DNA of 63,646 nucleotides, the filler included, from Octopus bimaculoides (taxonomy: Eukaryota), in NCBI RefSeq assembly GCF_001194135.2. It is 9 parts of 9 records of this genome, joined end to end, with 100 filler letters (N's around TTAATTAATTAA, not from the genome) between each part and the next. Parts side by side here need not be neighbours in the genome. Positions count along the whole stretch, not along the records: positions 32,098 to 50,107 come from NC_068988.1; positions 50,208 to 54,443 come from NC_068982.1; 7 more parts are not named here. One strand, written 5' to 3'. Positions 36,001 through 50,592 of this stretch are shown piece by piece (position 1 is the first letter of the stretch; every line of letters starts with the position of its first letter). Below the pieces are notes generated by a model. It searched no databases, was not told the origin of the DNA, and saw nothing but the letters and a program-made list of their open reading frames with translations. Made by a program: the position numbers and the translations under genes.

Positions 36001-36420
36001 TGATATGTATAGATGTGCATAGTATTGCAGGTGAAAATATTAGTGTAAGTGTTCTTCTGTACATATTAGTATAAGTCTCTATTTTTGTGTAACAGCTAAG
36101 TATATTTTAAAATATATATGTTGATTGAATAGTGATATCATGAATTCTATTCCGGCTCATGTGTACAACCTCGGATTAATCGAATTCTCAGACTTGAAGC
36201 AGCTATATGAGGATATATTCTAAGTTTAGTGACACAGATGTTAAATTGTCCAAAGTCCTCTTTTAAAAATACATGATGTGAAGATGATTGCATCAGTTTC
36301 AGCAATAGTGATACTTTCTAGCTCAATATTATCCTCTGGAAATCAAATCAGATTTTAAAATTAGCTTCCGGTCGATTTTTCCATGCGCTTGTCTGTAGAG
36401 GTAAATGTATTTCGCCAACG

Positions 36421-36665
36421 CTTTCTCGTTTTCCGTTTCTCCTTGTCCCGTCTCTCACTCACGTTCTTTGTCACTCCGTCTCCCTCTCGCGATATAGAGA
36501 TATGTGTGTGTATATCTAAATACATACTTATATATCACCTACTCATTCTCGTTTTCCGTTTCTCTTTGTCCCCTCTCTCACACACGTTCTTGCTTACTCC
36601 ATCTCCTTCTAGCTATATATAGACATGTGTGTGAGTATCTAAATACATATCTATATATTTGCGTA
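36421..36665. repeat. Tandem duplication of about 125 bp
   Basis: TTCTCGTTTTCCGTTTCTC..TTGTCCC..ATCTAAATACATA twice. Confidence 0.85.
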
Positions 36666-37353
36666 TATATATGTGTGTGTATGTATGTGTGCGCGTATGT
36701 GTATACCTATATATATATANNNNNNNNNNNNNNNNNNNNNNNNNNNNNNNNNNNNNNNNNNNNNNNNNNNNNNNNNNNNNNNNNNNNNNNNNNNNNNNNN
36801 NNNNNNNNNNNNNNNNNNNNNNNNNNNNNNNNNNNNNNNNNNNNNNNNNNNNNNNNNTATTTATATATATTTCAAATCTATATATTCCACTTCATGTTGA
36901 GATAGGGCATTGAAAATGATTTATTACTTTATGATGTAAAATGATTTGCCATTTTCTGAGTACTTCTTAGTAAATGTTGACGTTCCAAATTTAAACCTGC
37001 GAAGGAAAGGGAACATTTCTTACTCGTGATAAATAGTGTAAAGTTATTTAGACGTATAGAAAAGTGTGCATATGTGATAGACTTCTGTATTAGACATTGT
37101 TGCTAACAACTTTCCATACTCAAATGGAGGGAGTAAATCAGTAAATTAAAAATCGCTAAGAGACAAGAGACAATAAATTGAATACTTGCATTTTAGGATG
37201 ATTCTAGGGACCTCAGTCTTTCGTTTGGGAGCCTTCACAAATGCTTAATCATAATGTAAATCGATATATTATTGTTAAATTCTGCATGTCTTTAAATATA
37301 TTGTATAAATAACAACGTTTTTTATGGTTTTTTAATATCTTTATCTAGTTGAA

Positions 37354-37479
37354 CTACAATTTCTATAATGTACCCTATAATTATAAGACTTTCTGACTTT
37401 TAAATAAAAGAGCTACAATTTATATAATGTTCCCTATAAATATAAGATTTTCTGACTTTTAAATAACAGAGCTATAACT
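37354..37479. repeat. 59-bp tandem duplication
   Basis: CTACAATT..TATAATGT.CCCTATAA.TATAAGA.TTTCTGACTTTTAAATAA.AGAG twice. Confidence 0.85.
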
Positions 37480-38869
37480 ATTGATATATTTCTAATATGT
37501 GTATATTCTACCTTCAACAAACTAAAACGTTGGATGCACCACTCCCCCTACAATTGCACTGTAAGCAAATGTGGTATTTTCCAGACAGTACACATTTGAC
37601 CACTGAAACCAGTACTTGTCACTTTGAACACTGATGTATACATTCATTGTAATCTATGTCTCAAAGTTTATACCGTTTAAAAGTGAAGAACCCAAAAATT
37701 AAATGCACACATATTACAGCATAACACCCATAAAAGGCATGATATAACAAGTAAACAACTAAATTTGGGTCAAAAATAAAGGTACTGAGATGGCCGTAAC
37801 ATTCTGATGAAGATGCATTGTTTAGCTGCAGGTATAGAAGAGCATGGTATACAGTGTATGTCGTTATTATCTTAGACTGTTAAATAGTTGTTGTAGCCAA
37901 CAAGTTGTTTACACCTACTTTAGTTTTTAAATAAGATTGTTTATAGATTTAACATTGGATATGTAATCAGATAATCAAATATAACAATGCAATAAACAGG
38001 GAAAAGTAATTTCAAAGGAAACGCAACCATTATACCTAGTGTCTCACGTGACTTCTGGCCAGTAACCAAACAAATGATAGTGAATTTGGCAATCAATATG
38101 GGCTTCGTTTATAAGAGATATATGCATCGCATGCAACAGATTGAGTGAAACAATTTTCTTAATAAATAACTATATTCGAGAAATTCTGTAATAAACCTAC
38201 AATCTCATAGTTTAAGATTGTATTGTAATGGAATGATGCGATTTGAAATGAAATAAAATAAATAAAATTTAAAATAGAATGATGCAACTTTGACTGCGAT
38301 AACTTGAATTTATAAGGACAGAGAAGAAAAACAATCCTACCTTGAAGTATTTTCTTTCGAAGATCGGGTTACAAAATTACTGCCAATAGACCTATAATGG
38401 ATTACAGATCCAATTCAAAATATCTCTTGTTAATTTTTAAAAAAATTTAAAAATAGAAATTACAAATTTTGCATCCAGGGATTCTTCTCTCAATATTGTA
38501 TGTCTGATGGAGAAGACCTAAAAGTATTCAAACAGTAGCTATATGGTCATTATTCCGCTATGTTATATTGAAAATTGCCTCTACGTATGTTTCTGTGTAT
38601 AGAGTGATATGTATCTGACTTTTAAAACGTGTGTTGCTCGTCAGTCCGGAGGATTAATGATTAAATTTTGCAGTCCGTTCCCATTCGGCACATATGTGCG
38701 AGGAAGGTTGTTTGTGGAAGATTAGCGGTTACCCGTGCATACTAGACAATCTTCTCTACATCACCGATGTGATGTAAGGTAAAGTCAAAGGCCAATACAA
38801 CTTCGCACCAGTGATGCTGTAACTCATTTCTACAGTATAGAAGGAAAGAAATAAGATGAGAAAATGCAG

Positions 38870-39780
38870 ATTCTTTTACAAGACTAAATAATAAGTTTAA
38901 ATCGTCATGGCAAAAGTATTATACAAGAAAAAAGACACTACTAAACAAACTTTAAATGTAAACCCAGCCTATTCAATGGTCTACCGAAAATTCCTAAAAC
39001 CAGACTATAAACGAAGCCATTAAAAATCACCAAAGTCATTCATATATACACCAACGCCAGGAGACCTAAAATGATGGCTCTCTATAGCTGGTTCATCCTG
39101 TGAAACGCATCAACTAATTTGCCTCAAAGATATCCTTCTGAAACTATTTCTAGAATACAACAATGTTACATTACGGATGATGTGGATATGTTTAATCACC
39201 TTTCGAAATAGGTCAAAGAAAAAAACATTTATGGTTTCATTTGCTGCGATAAACCTATACATCAACATACCGCATAATTATGGAATGGAAGCAATTCGGT
39301 TCTGGTTGGACAAATATCCAGAAGTAATACCGGAACGGATCAGCAAAGACTCCACAATTGAATCAATTAAATTCAACCTACAAATTAACAATTTCATGTT
39401 TGACACCACTGTTTATCGTCAAAAGATGGAATTGACATGGGGACCAGGGCGGTCGCTGTTATTGCTAACCTAACAATCGGCTATTTAGAAATAGCAGAAG
39501 TCATCTTCGCAATTTGGAAACCCTCTCATAAGAGAAAATAAAAGATTTTTGGACGACTACTTCATCCTCTGGAATGGAAACATGGATAAACACCTGGATT
39601 TAAAAAAAAAACTCCTTAATATCATTAACACAAACATACAACTCACAATGGAACACAACCATGAGAACTTCCCCTTCTTAGATATACTGGTTAAAAAATA
39701 AACAAAACGTTGGAAACGCACATATTTACAAACCTACACACACTATACAATACCCATTATTTAGCTCATGCCACCCGATG
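38870..39780 (+). mobile_element. Penelope-like reverse transcriptase core, decayed
   Basis: FNGLPKIPK, AGSSCETHQL, MVSFAAINLYINIPHNYGMEAI, NNFMFD..YRQ, IANLTIGYLE, FLDDYFILW, NIQLTME..NFPFLDILV and YKPTHTIQY..FSSCHP. Confidence 0.9.
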
Positions 39781-41141
39781 TATTTGTCGGCGTAAACTTT
39801 TAAACGCGCACACAAAGACAGTATTGTGAAATGGTAAGAAAATACGCTAAATTTTCCAATGAAATATAAAACAAATTACATGAAGTGGTCGCCGTTTCAG
39901 TACCCGTGATTCTTTTAATTATTCTATGATTGCATATTCCACTGCGTGCCTCAACTGTAAGCGCTAGGACACGGTGTGCACATCAATTGACTTTATCGTA
40001 GATAGGATGATAAGATATAACGGATATGCGTTCGACGTCGCAAAAGTGAAAGCCAAAGACATCAGTGTTGCAATTTCAAATCAATATGGAACAAGATTTA
40101 GATTGCATTAATTATTTGATAACTTTTAAGCCAAAACTCATTCAATTTTCGACACATTTAAATTTTGCATTAAAAAATAAATTACGTTTTAAAATGCTAG
40201 TGCATTGTTTCAATTAACCAATGAAAGTTCTAATCAACGACATCGACCATGAACTCTTGATTAACTGATATTTAATCAATATCGAGCTGAAAATGTGTAC
40301 AGATTCAATGAAGGCGTTTACAGGTCTGAATGTACAGGGGTTGCACTTACTGTTTGGATGTAATTTAGTTTATGAGTATAAAAATATTTACCGATAAAGA
40401 TAATTATAAAGTTGAATGCCTTGGTAATATCATTAAGAATATAAATATCAAATTACTGAGACCTCTTTCCACAGAATATAATAACTTTCTATATACAATT
40501 TCACGCATTCTGCTTACAAAATTGAGAATATATTTTGCATTTAATACATACAAAAAGATTTTAAAAAGTCATGTAAATTGGCACTCATATAAATTTGTTC
40601 ACTATCTACGGGAATTTGTACATAAGTACATACATATATAGTTATGTGTGAATTTATTCTCATGTGTATGTATATGTTTATGTATGTGGATGTATGTATT
40701 ATCCGCTTTTTAGAACTTTTAGAGTAAAATTTGCATTTCTTTTCTTAAATGTTATAAGCTTAAAACTAATTTTCGTTTAAACCCATGAAATTGATAAAAA
40801 TAAGCGCATTAATATGAAAAGAGTTCTGTCAAATTCTCTTGAGATATATGAAACTGTAGATCAACGTCATGTTATCACTGGGTATATATAGTGAGTTATT
40901 ATCACACTATCACATACACTGTGTGTATATTTTCGAGACGAGCATTCCTCTTCAAATATGCAAACACGCACGTGCACACGTGAGTCTATACATGAGTACA
41001 TAACGATAGTTATATATCACTTGACACAAATGTATATATATATATATATATATATAAGATAATAAGAGTGAAAAAACTACAGAAGGCTTGTGTTACATGG
41101 TTAAAGTATATATTTAAATTATTATACCTAAGGCACCTACT

Positions 41142-41193
<52 letters not shown>

Positions 41194-42638
41194 GAAATAT
41201 ATCTTATTTTAGGCTAGGAGTTTTAATTCCAGTATGATATATTCTTATATACAAAAAATATTACGATGATCTTTACAAATATCTAAATATCAAATCTATG
41301 AAATTTTCAAAATACAAAATTTTATAATGTTTTTACATATCTTAGTATTATATATTTTTCTTAAGATTATATTTTACATTTGTCAGTTATTCCCTAATAT
41401 ATTGATAATTTATTCTTTTGATCAATCAGCATGTATATTACATTAAACTATGTCTCCTATAGGTATATGGACCTTTTAATATGCTTTTAATTAGGTTAAT
41501 TTTCCTGCATTAGTTTGCCATTTTTTCAAGTATCAATTTTTTTTTTTTTTTTCATTTCCGCGTTGAAATTCGTCTTGATTGATATGATACAAAACAGTAA
41601 TATATTAGTATTAATATTCGTCTTTAAAATGTGTGGGTAAATACAGATTTTGTGAAATTTCACTGAAACAGCTGACAAACACTGTATAAATTAATAATCC
41701 GAATTATAAAAAAATAATAAGGCAGCACCGTATTGTCGTGGCTACAATATCTCATAAATTCGGATAGTTGTCCGCAGTAATTTCAACATAAGTTAATTCA
41801 AGATATCTTCCCTGTTAAGGGAATTTTATATCTATTCCAAAATCATTTTAAAGCAATGTTTTGGTGATTATGAGTTAAAAATGAATATCCAAAGACGCTC
41901 TTTTGTGTAATCGAAATTATTTAACTTGAAACATAAATTTATAACCCGCATGTTACGTTACTGGCTTGTGGTGCGTAATTATCGGAGAAATTCACTTCAT
42001 TTGCACTATTTAATATTATCTCCCCTTTAACGTGCATCATATGAGAGATGTCTCGTAAAAGATGTTTGTAATTATAGAAAGTGTTCATTCTATGAATTTT
42101 GAGGGATAAGGACTTAAAAACTTGAAGCAACTAATTACTCAACTGAATCATTTGCGCAAAATGGACCAGAAATTTTTTTTTTGTGAATACATCACTTTCT
42201 TAGAAATAATCGTATCTTATATTTGATTTGTTTATCCCCTGCGTCGACTGCTTTTAGAAAACTGTAAACTGATTGCATAACATATGCTGAGATAATAAAT
42301 ATTAAATGCACACTGCATTATTTCGACAGCAACTCTGCAGTTATCTGAAAACATAAAACTATTGTTATAGTAAAGTAATATATTTTTTTAAAGCACATCA
42401 AATTCCTCAGTACTGAACGATAACACAAAGTTGCTTTTAATTTGATTAAATCATAGAAACATCTAATTTCTCTGTATGATTCAAAATACAGGATATGATT
42501 CAAACTGAAAAATTATGAGAGAACACTATCCTATACAGACATAGACATAAAATCAAACAAGTATGTACAAAAAATTTTCATGCGCCCGTGTATGTGTGTA
42601 TATATGAGTATGTATATAGGTATATGTGAATATATATG

Positions 42639-42708
<70 letters not shown>

Positions 42709-43235
42709 CGATTGTATGTTTATATAAATACACACACATGTAAAAATAGTAAAAGAAATACAAAAAGATACGTGAAAAGTACAAACAAATTGAAGACACC
42801 GGTAAATAAGTAGTGTCAGAAATAAAGTTGCACATTGTTTATATTGATTTTAAGGTAATTTCATTTGATTAAATTTATATATTGACGAAATTTATTTCTT
42901 CGAAACACATGAATATAGAATAAAGAAAATATGAAATATAAATACAGTAAAATCAAATATATAACGTTAGAAAAAACGTGAAGCAAGAATTTACAAAAAT
43001 AAAAATTATTCAGAATGAGAAATCCAAGAAAAATTTTAAGTGAATTACTATTTGTTTATTTGACAAAGTTATAAAGTATTGGCATTATGTAGGCATGTGT
43101 GTGTGTGTGTGCATATATACGTACATATACTATACAACTGAGTAACTGTTTCACGTTGTAAATGTATATATATATATTTAAGTATATATATATATATAAG
43201 CACACAGCCATATATATATATATCTAAACATATAC

Positions 43236-43292
<57 letters not shown>

Positions 43293-43525
43293 AATATACA
43301 TATAAATAAAAGATATATAAATATATATATTCATACACACCAATATATATTTATATAGATATATATATATAAGCATATAAGCATACCCATATATGTGTGT
43401 GTATGTGTGTAGCTATCTGTATGCATATATAGTGTAAATTTACAAAAATAAAAAAACAAAAGACGAAGATGGGTGTGTAAACAACAAACAAATGTATTAG
43501 TTTAACGTTCGGGAAGTGAGAAAGT

Positions 43526-43562
43526 CGTTTACGTTTCAAGCCTACGCTCTTCGACAGAAAGG
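43526..43562 (-). ncRNA. Very compact hammerhead variant (A6 to U; ACGT palindromic stem III)
   Basis: CCTTT-CTGTCGA-A-GAGC-GTAG-GCTT-GAA-ACGT-A-AACG. Confidence 0.5.
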
Positions 43563-45331
43563 AACACAGAAATAAACAGGGATAGAAAATAGAAAAAAAG
43601 TTTTAGTGGCTATCGATCTCTCATGGCGCATGTCGGACAGAGCGGTCGCACAGGAGAGCTAGGAAGAAGAGTAGATAATAATGTAGTGGTAAATCCAACA
43701 CGAAGGTGCACGTGTGTGTATATGTGCGAACGTGTATGTCCGTGTGGAAGGGGGCTGGTGACCTTGACGTGTGCGTGTGTGAATGAGTAGATGTGTGGAT
43801 GATGGTGTAGTTGCTGAGAAATGGTAAGTGCTAGTGTGCGCGCTGGAGGTGGGTGCTGGGAAGTGTTTAGTGCTAGTATGTGAGTGGTGGTGTCGTATGG
43901 TGGTGTGAGGTGTGGTTCTGTGTGGTGTGGTGCTGTGATGCGGTGTGGTGCTGTGATGTGGTGTGGTGCTGTGATGTGGTGGTCAAATTAAGATAAACAC
44001 GAAGATATAATAACGGGGTGGTGTAACAGAATTGTCCCATACCACAGTTACTTATTGACATGGTAGAATGATTTGCAAAATAAACCTAACGAAATATTTT
44101 GACAGCTTGTAGAATTGTTAAAATTGTAGAGAATGGGGTACACCAAGAGATACGTATAGTAATATTATTATTGAGTGAATACCTCGAGGGCTTCTAACTC
44201 ATGCCGATCTCAGAGTATATTTAATTTATGGATTTGACAACATTGGGATTTATGACATTGAACCGGCTTCCAACACATCAACAGTGGTAAACACATCCAC
44301 AGTGTGAATACAATGCGCATGATATATTTATCACCTTTATGTATTACACCAATATGAGTAATGTTAACGCATACACACATGTATCAATACACACACACAT
44401 ATACGTATGCATATATTTGTGTGTGCGTGCGTGCGTGTGTGTGTGTATATGTGTGTGATATTTCACTCCAGATTTAGTATTTCCTAATAAGTGCCTCCTC
44501 GTAAAATACTGTGATGTATTGCTAGAATTCTACTCTACTAACAGCATAATTATTGTACTCTAACTTACGCGTAACATTTAATAATGCGAAAGATCTAGCT
44601 GCATATCAGAATACTAGTGTTTATAAAAGAATGGGTGAAAAGTACATTTCCTGGTGTAAATGTAACAGAAACATCTAATGTTTACATTTTCGATCTCCAA
44701 ATTCAGTATACAGATTGAATTGCGTAGTGAGCATAAAATGGCAGAATACAAGATAAAGAAATGTTTGACAAATCATTCACATTCACGCATAAGCACATAC
44801 GCACACACAAAGTCACACAACCTCTAAATGTCTCTCTCATTCTTCTCCCTACTTACTTTCCTTCACTCAAACTTAGAATATATAGAATCGATAACAATTG
44901 CCCTTGTATATACATCAGAATGTAATTTTTTCCTTGATGCTCAAGCGACACTTCACACAAAAATATTGAAATGTCTGATTTCAGAACATTTATTTGCTGT
45001 AAAGATTAATAAAAAGTTCAATATATTGAATGTCTCAAGTTCGGAGGAATAATCTACTGACGCAGAGTTCTCAGAGCGCAAAAACCTATACCTACATTAC
45101 AAACAACGAAGTTAAGCGATTATGAAACTGCAGTTATCAACATCAATTCCTCTTTCAATCAATAGGTTTTCTTCTAAATAGGATGGTCACATTGTAAAGA
45201 AACCTGCTGCTCATATAGGACCTGAATTAGGAAGAAACAAAGTCAATTAATGTAATTTACGATAGCAAAACTTATCGAAGTTTTGGTTTAAACAAAAAAA
45301 ATGTTATACTATGAACTTATCCTTAAATAGG

Positions 45332-45604
45332 ATATCAACTAACAATAAATATCAAGTGAATTTATCTAAAAAATACTTATTTTACCAATAAATAAAAGAA
45401 AAACATTTAACAATATTAATGGAAAAAGATGCAATACTTATCTCAACGAAGCTTTAGTTTAAACTAAAGCTTCGATAAGTATAATATCGTTAAATATTTT
45501 TCTTTTATTTATTGTTTTTATTTATTTTTAAAATAAGTACTTTTACTTATTTAAAATAAGTATTGTTATATAAATTCATTTGTTATTTATTGTTGGTTGA
45601 TATA
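45332..45604. repeat. Foldback element of about 270 bp centred on a perfect 28-bp palindrome
   Basis: CGAAGCTTTAGTTT|AAACTAAAGCTTCG (45447-45474) with flanking arms that remain complementary in blocks. Confidence 0.85.
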
Positions 45605-46779
45605 TATACATTCATTTTATTATTATTATTGTTATATTTTGACCCGAAGATTAGCTATATTTTTGAATAGAATTGATTTTCGATCGATTTATTTTAATCG
45701 ATTTTATTTTATTTTATTTTCTATTTGTAACTTTAGTTATGAAACACATGTAGTCATTTTATTATTTTGATAATTATTACCTAGTATTTTATTATAGTTC
45801 TTTTTAGTGTGTTTACTTATTAATTTTTTCTATATGTGACTGTGGATTTTCATGGATGAGTTCAGGAACTGTGGTTCTTTCCTCTAAATGATATATTTAT
45901 ATATTATATACTGTGAAACTTAATTTAATTTAAATTTTGATAAATTAAATTAAATTGAGTTTTTACCTGTAAATTTGGAGGTGAGGCCAAACGGCTTCAT
46001 TCATCTTTTAATTTTCATTTCCTTGTTCTTTCACTGGTTTTTTGTTCCCACACGTTTTGTGTTGACCCGTCTATGTTTGCCCTTTGTGGGTAACGAAGAA
46101 ATTTATATTGGGTCAGTACATGGCTATTTTTACATTTGCATAAAATATAATAATGATATCTTCCAGCTTTGTATATATAACTATAAAAAGTAAAAATTTA
46201 ATCACTTTCCTTTTCTGTATTTGTCGATTACATATTGAAGAGGATGGAATTATGGGACTTCTAACAGTCATTATGGATTACTACAAAGGATTTTACCACG
46301 GATTTATATTATTTCTTGAAAGTTTTTAGCCCAAGTTTGTACCAATACACATCTATGTCAGTAAGCTTTTAAACAGTTTTATCATACCTTTTTTAAATAG
46401 CATATCTCTCATTGGATTGACTACATGGTAATTCATCCTTTTCTCTGACGAGAGGATGATTGGAAGAAAGCCTCTTAGCTTACAGCCGCGCCTACAACGA
46501 TGCATACATATATACATACATACATATATACATACATACACACACATATACACACATATATATACATACATACACACTCACATATGTAATTATTTAAAGG
46601 AAACAATACATATCTTTAAGTGCTACTAATAGTTTCCTATGCTGAGAAATATCTCAAACATTTTAATTAGTCATAAGCCACATATCCTAACGAATGTTTA
46701 AAAAAATGCTTAAGAAATTTGAAAAACTGTGAAGGCACTATATGGAAAACGCAGAGTAGGAAAAAAACGGAAAAGCTAC

Positions 46780-47090
46780 TGAGTCCCTAAATTATAATAC
46801 AATAGATAAAAAGACCTATTTTGGTTTATGTGGAGGGAATCATGCTAATCGCATAGCCTCCTTCCAACATAAATACAAAAGCTAACTACTAAATTGACTA
46901 GCAACGTATGGAGTTTTAAAGATAACGAAGCACAACAAGTGATCAAGTGGGAAATTGAGAAATCCATACATTATGTTAAAGGATCGAAAAGATGTAGACT
47001 TTGTTCATGGAGAGAGCGCAGATATTGTTCAAATCTCTACTGAGTCCAAGGTCTGAAATTTACAGCTTTTGCAAGTGGATGTAGAAATAT
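46780..47090 (+). mobile_element. Penelope-like GIY-YIG endonuclease fragment
   Basis: KKTYFGLCGG..NRIASFQH and TTKLTSNVWSFKDNEAQQVIKWEIEKSIHYVKGSKRCRLC. Confidence 0.8.
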
Positions 47091-47878
47091 ATTTTGAAGT
47101 ATTGGAAATTCCACCTATTCCTGATTAACTTCCTGATTTATATTTCCAGCCTTATAATTTGGAGTCTTAGGAAGATAACTCTTTACCGTTTTTACTTTTT
47201 ACTTCCTACATTTTAGTTTTGTCTTTTTCGTTTTCCGTTTATCGTTTTCTGTTTAACATTCTGCTTTTTGCATTTGCTACCTTCTTAATTTTTTCACGTT
47301 TCTCCTCCTATTCAAATATTTTTCGGTCCGTTATGATAGTTGAGCTCCGGCTTTCATGTAATTGACTTACACATCCCGGTACTTGCCAGTGAAAATTTGA
47401 AGCTACTATATTAATTTCAGTACAGTATTATCCAAATATCATTCACAAAGTAAGATCAATAGGCCCCGGGATTTTTAAAGATATGCTTCATTTTTTTCTA
47501 AATTTGTATAAAATAAATACAATAATAATGAATACACACATACGTGTACATGGTAAACAACAAAGGAATAGCAATGAGAAAAAATGAATGTCTCTGAGAC
47601 TTTCAGTGCCTTGCCTCTGTCTGTTCACTCCTCTCCTTCCACTATTAAGGTAGTGCGAAAGAAAAAACACATACACACACAGAGGAAAAGAAAATCGATA
47701 GTTTATATGAAGTTAGACTAACTACTTTCATGATCCAATCTTATGTTGTATTGATAAGCTGCAATAAGTGCAAAATTACGTTACCTGCAAGTACTAAGAC
47801 AAGTAAAATTATTAAAAAAAGTGGATTATATGAAAATATAATTACATATGTTCTCTCACTCATAACAAAAAACCTCGC

Positions 47879-47943
<65 letters not shown>

Positions 47944-49399
47944 GTAAAACAAAAAAACTAGAACAGATTATATGCCTTCAGCGGGTCTCTCCACTTGAGG
48001 GAAAATTCTCCTTTTTATTTCTTGACAATTTCTTACTCTGAATGCAACCGTAGATGGCAGCACCAACGGTCACCAGTCAAAATTTCCATGTGTGAATAAT
48101 AAAAACGTAATATGGAAAAATGTCAATCGGTTTGGTGCGTTGCTTTTGGCCTACACTGTATATATGTCTGCATGTATGCGTGTGTGCATGCTTGTATGTA
48201 TATATGTTTGTGTCTATTCATGTTTGTATGTGTGTCGAATTTGTGCTTGTTCAAGAGTATGCGGAGGTGTATCTATCCAATAAAGAAGCCTATATGGGCC
48301 TTATAGTATATGTTTAATCTGAATGGAATCTACCCGCAATTACGACACGAAAATATTAATCGTTATATTAAAATCTTCTCAAAATATGTAAGAAGTTGAG
48401 AAGAATGTACACATTGTATTGCCAACCTTAATTCTATGTTACTTATAGTATTCGAAATGGAATATTGTGAAATATTTACCTATGTTAGTCATAAAACATC
48501 TGGCACCTTTTTAAATACACATTATACAACGAATATATTCAAAACTTTATGCACATTTTTATTATGAAATGATAATTTTTGTATAACATCACTCCATGCT
48601 AAAAAAGCATCAAACCTCCACAAAATGAATTATTTGAAACAACATTAGTGGCTTTCTTTTTACGCAATAACAATATTGGAAACAATATAATCAAAATGGA
48701 TTCACTTGCACAGTTTACGTAACACACAGTGTGTTCAAATGAATTTGGTTTCACAGAAGCAAAGCCTCAAACGCTATTAGAAAACCAAAACTAAAAAGTG
48801 AGTTCCCTGGATTAATCAACTCAACTTTGCAATATACCGTATTTCGTTGATTTCTGCATTTTAACATGAAACCCAAAACCTAGCTCTTATGCTTGGGTAG
48901 CCAATGGTTTCAATCGGTAATGAAAATCTTTTCCATTCATTCATAAATAACAATAACTATTTTTGATATTATGCTGTCATACCTGTACCGAGTAACTAGC
49001 GACCATGCGAAAATTAGCCTATATATATTGCCCAACATAACAATATGTTATTTCACACCAGCTTATCGTTCATGAAAAAGCAATCGTAGAAATACTATGT
49101 GTAGATAGAATCTGATGTAACTCTATGCAATAATCATAATCAGCATTAAATTTCAATGGGAGGGAACGTGGATTACATAACAATATAGAAAAACAGAACA
49201 ACACGTTGATAATATTTAATATTGTATTTTATTAATGTTTAAGTAAAATATAAAGATTTATTATTTCAGATTCACCACGCACCGAATTTAGAAATAAGAG
49301 TTAAAATTCCTTTTCTGCTACCGTAAAGATCTCGCAGATAGTAACACATATTTTTTACGTAGATGAAGTTTACATAAAGCTGAAGATCAGTGGAAGATC

Positions 49400-49870
49400 A
49401 GTTGTGTGAGTTGTATCCAGTTATAGGTGGCTTATCTGATATTCAAATGTAGAAATTCCTCCAGATTCGGTTTAAATATGATGGGATCCTTTTCCTATTT
49501 GATCAGGTTTGGGACCATGTTAAATAGGGAAAGGCCTGTTGAGGAAAAGAAATTATGTCGCAGTGTACCCATTTGTTGTGATCCTGAACTGGGCAGGGGA
49601 CGTATGGCTTGTGGTCCTAGCTTCAAAGCTAACGTTCTGGTCGTTTGCGCAATGCTGGGGGTATATTCTCCACATCGAGCACATGAAGTACTGCTCGCGG
49701 CGGCGGCGGCGCTGGTGTGAGTAGAGTTTCAAGGCTTTAAATCGGTCCCAGTAAACGTGATCAGTCATACACTTAATCATTTTGGTGAATGCCCTCTCGG
49801 GTGGTACAATTTTCGAGATGTTTTCCTTTGTATGGGGAGACAACAGGGGGCAGCAGTATTCGAGGAGCTT
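49400..49870 (-). mobile_element. CR1/Jockey-like LINE 3' end
   Basis: LLEYCCPLLSPHTKENISKIVPPERAFTKMIKCMTDHVYWDRFKALKLYSHQRRRRREQY and DPIIFKPNLEEFL. Confidence 0.8.
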
Positions 49871-50107
49871 GTCAGATGGGTTGTTTTTTGGTCTAAATCA
49901 GCATTTCGGCTTCGAAGTATATACTGTCCATGCAGGAGCTCCAGGCTCCGTCGCTCCTCAGTTTGTTTCTCTTTTTTTTTCATTCTCTTTCATCCGTTTT
50001 GCATATCTGGTGGCAGTTATTTCAGATTCTTCAGCTAATTCAGGGTTAATGCCGAGTACCCTTGCATATTTACCAGCTTCCTTGACAATAGAAGGTGATT
50101 TATTGCT
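49871..50107 (-). mobile_element. Dong/R4-clade RT C-terminal fragment
   Basis: SIVKEAGKYAR..ELLHGQYILRSRNADLDQKTTH. Confidence 0.7.
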
Positions 50108-50207
50108 NNNNNNNNNNNNNNNNNNNNNNNNNNNNNNNNNNNNNNNNNNNNTTAATTAATTAANNNNNNNNNNNNNNNNNNNNNNNNNNNNNNNNNNNNN
50201 NNNNNNN

Positions 50208-50258
<51 letters not shown>

Positions 50259-50490
50259 AGAGTGAGAGAGTAGTGCATGTCATCAAATTGACACTGAGGT
50301 AAAATATACGAACCCCATTATACCCATCATGACTACTCGCTTGATAAATGCACACCAGGTGCATGCATCACAACCGTATGTGCGCGACATAATGATCTCA
50401 TAGCAAGATAAACACTGCATGACCTTGTTGGTGGGACCCAGTTAGAAGTTACTTCTTATCGAGTAGCCCATCCCGCTCAAAATGACCTGT
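50208..50490 (-). mobile_element. Short interspersed repeat ending in a (TAA)n tail
   Basis: GC-richer unit terminating in (TAA)n on the minus strand; family not identified. Confidence 0.4.
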
Positions 50491-50555
50491 TAATTTTCAT
50501 CTCTGTTCATATATATACTTGTGTGTGTGTATGTGTGCGTTACCAGTTCCATAAA

Positions 50556-50592
<37 letters not shown>

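Noticed and set aside
38575-38655. Minus-strand CTGACGA...GAAAC-ATAC-GTA-GAGG hammerhead-like string
   Set aside because: No 10.1-11.1 pair, stem I is out of register and a competing CTGAC/GTCAG hairpin sequesters the core
48715-48800. Strong minus-strand acceptor with a downstream GTAAAC donor
   Set aside because: Stops in all three frames
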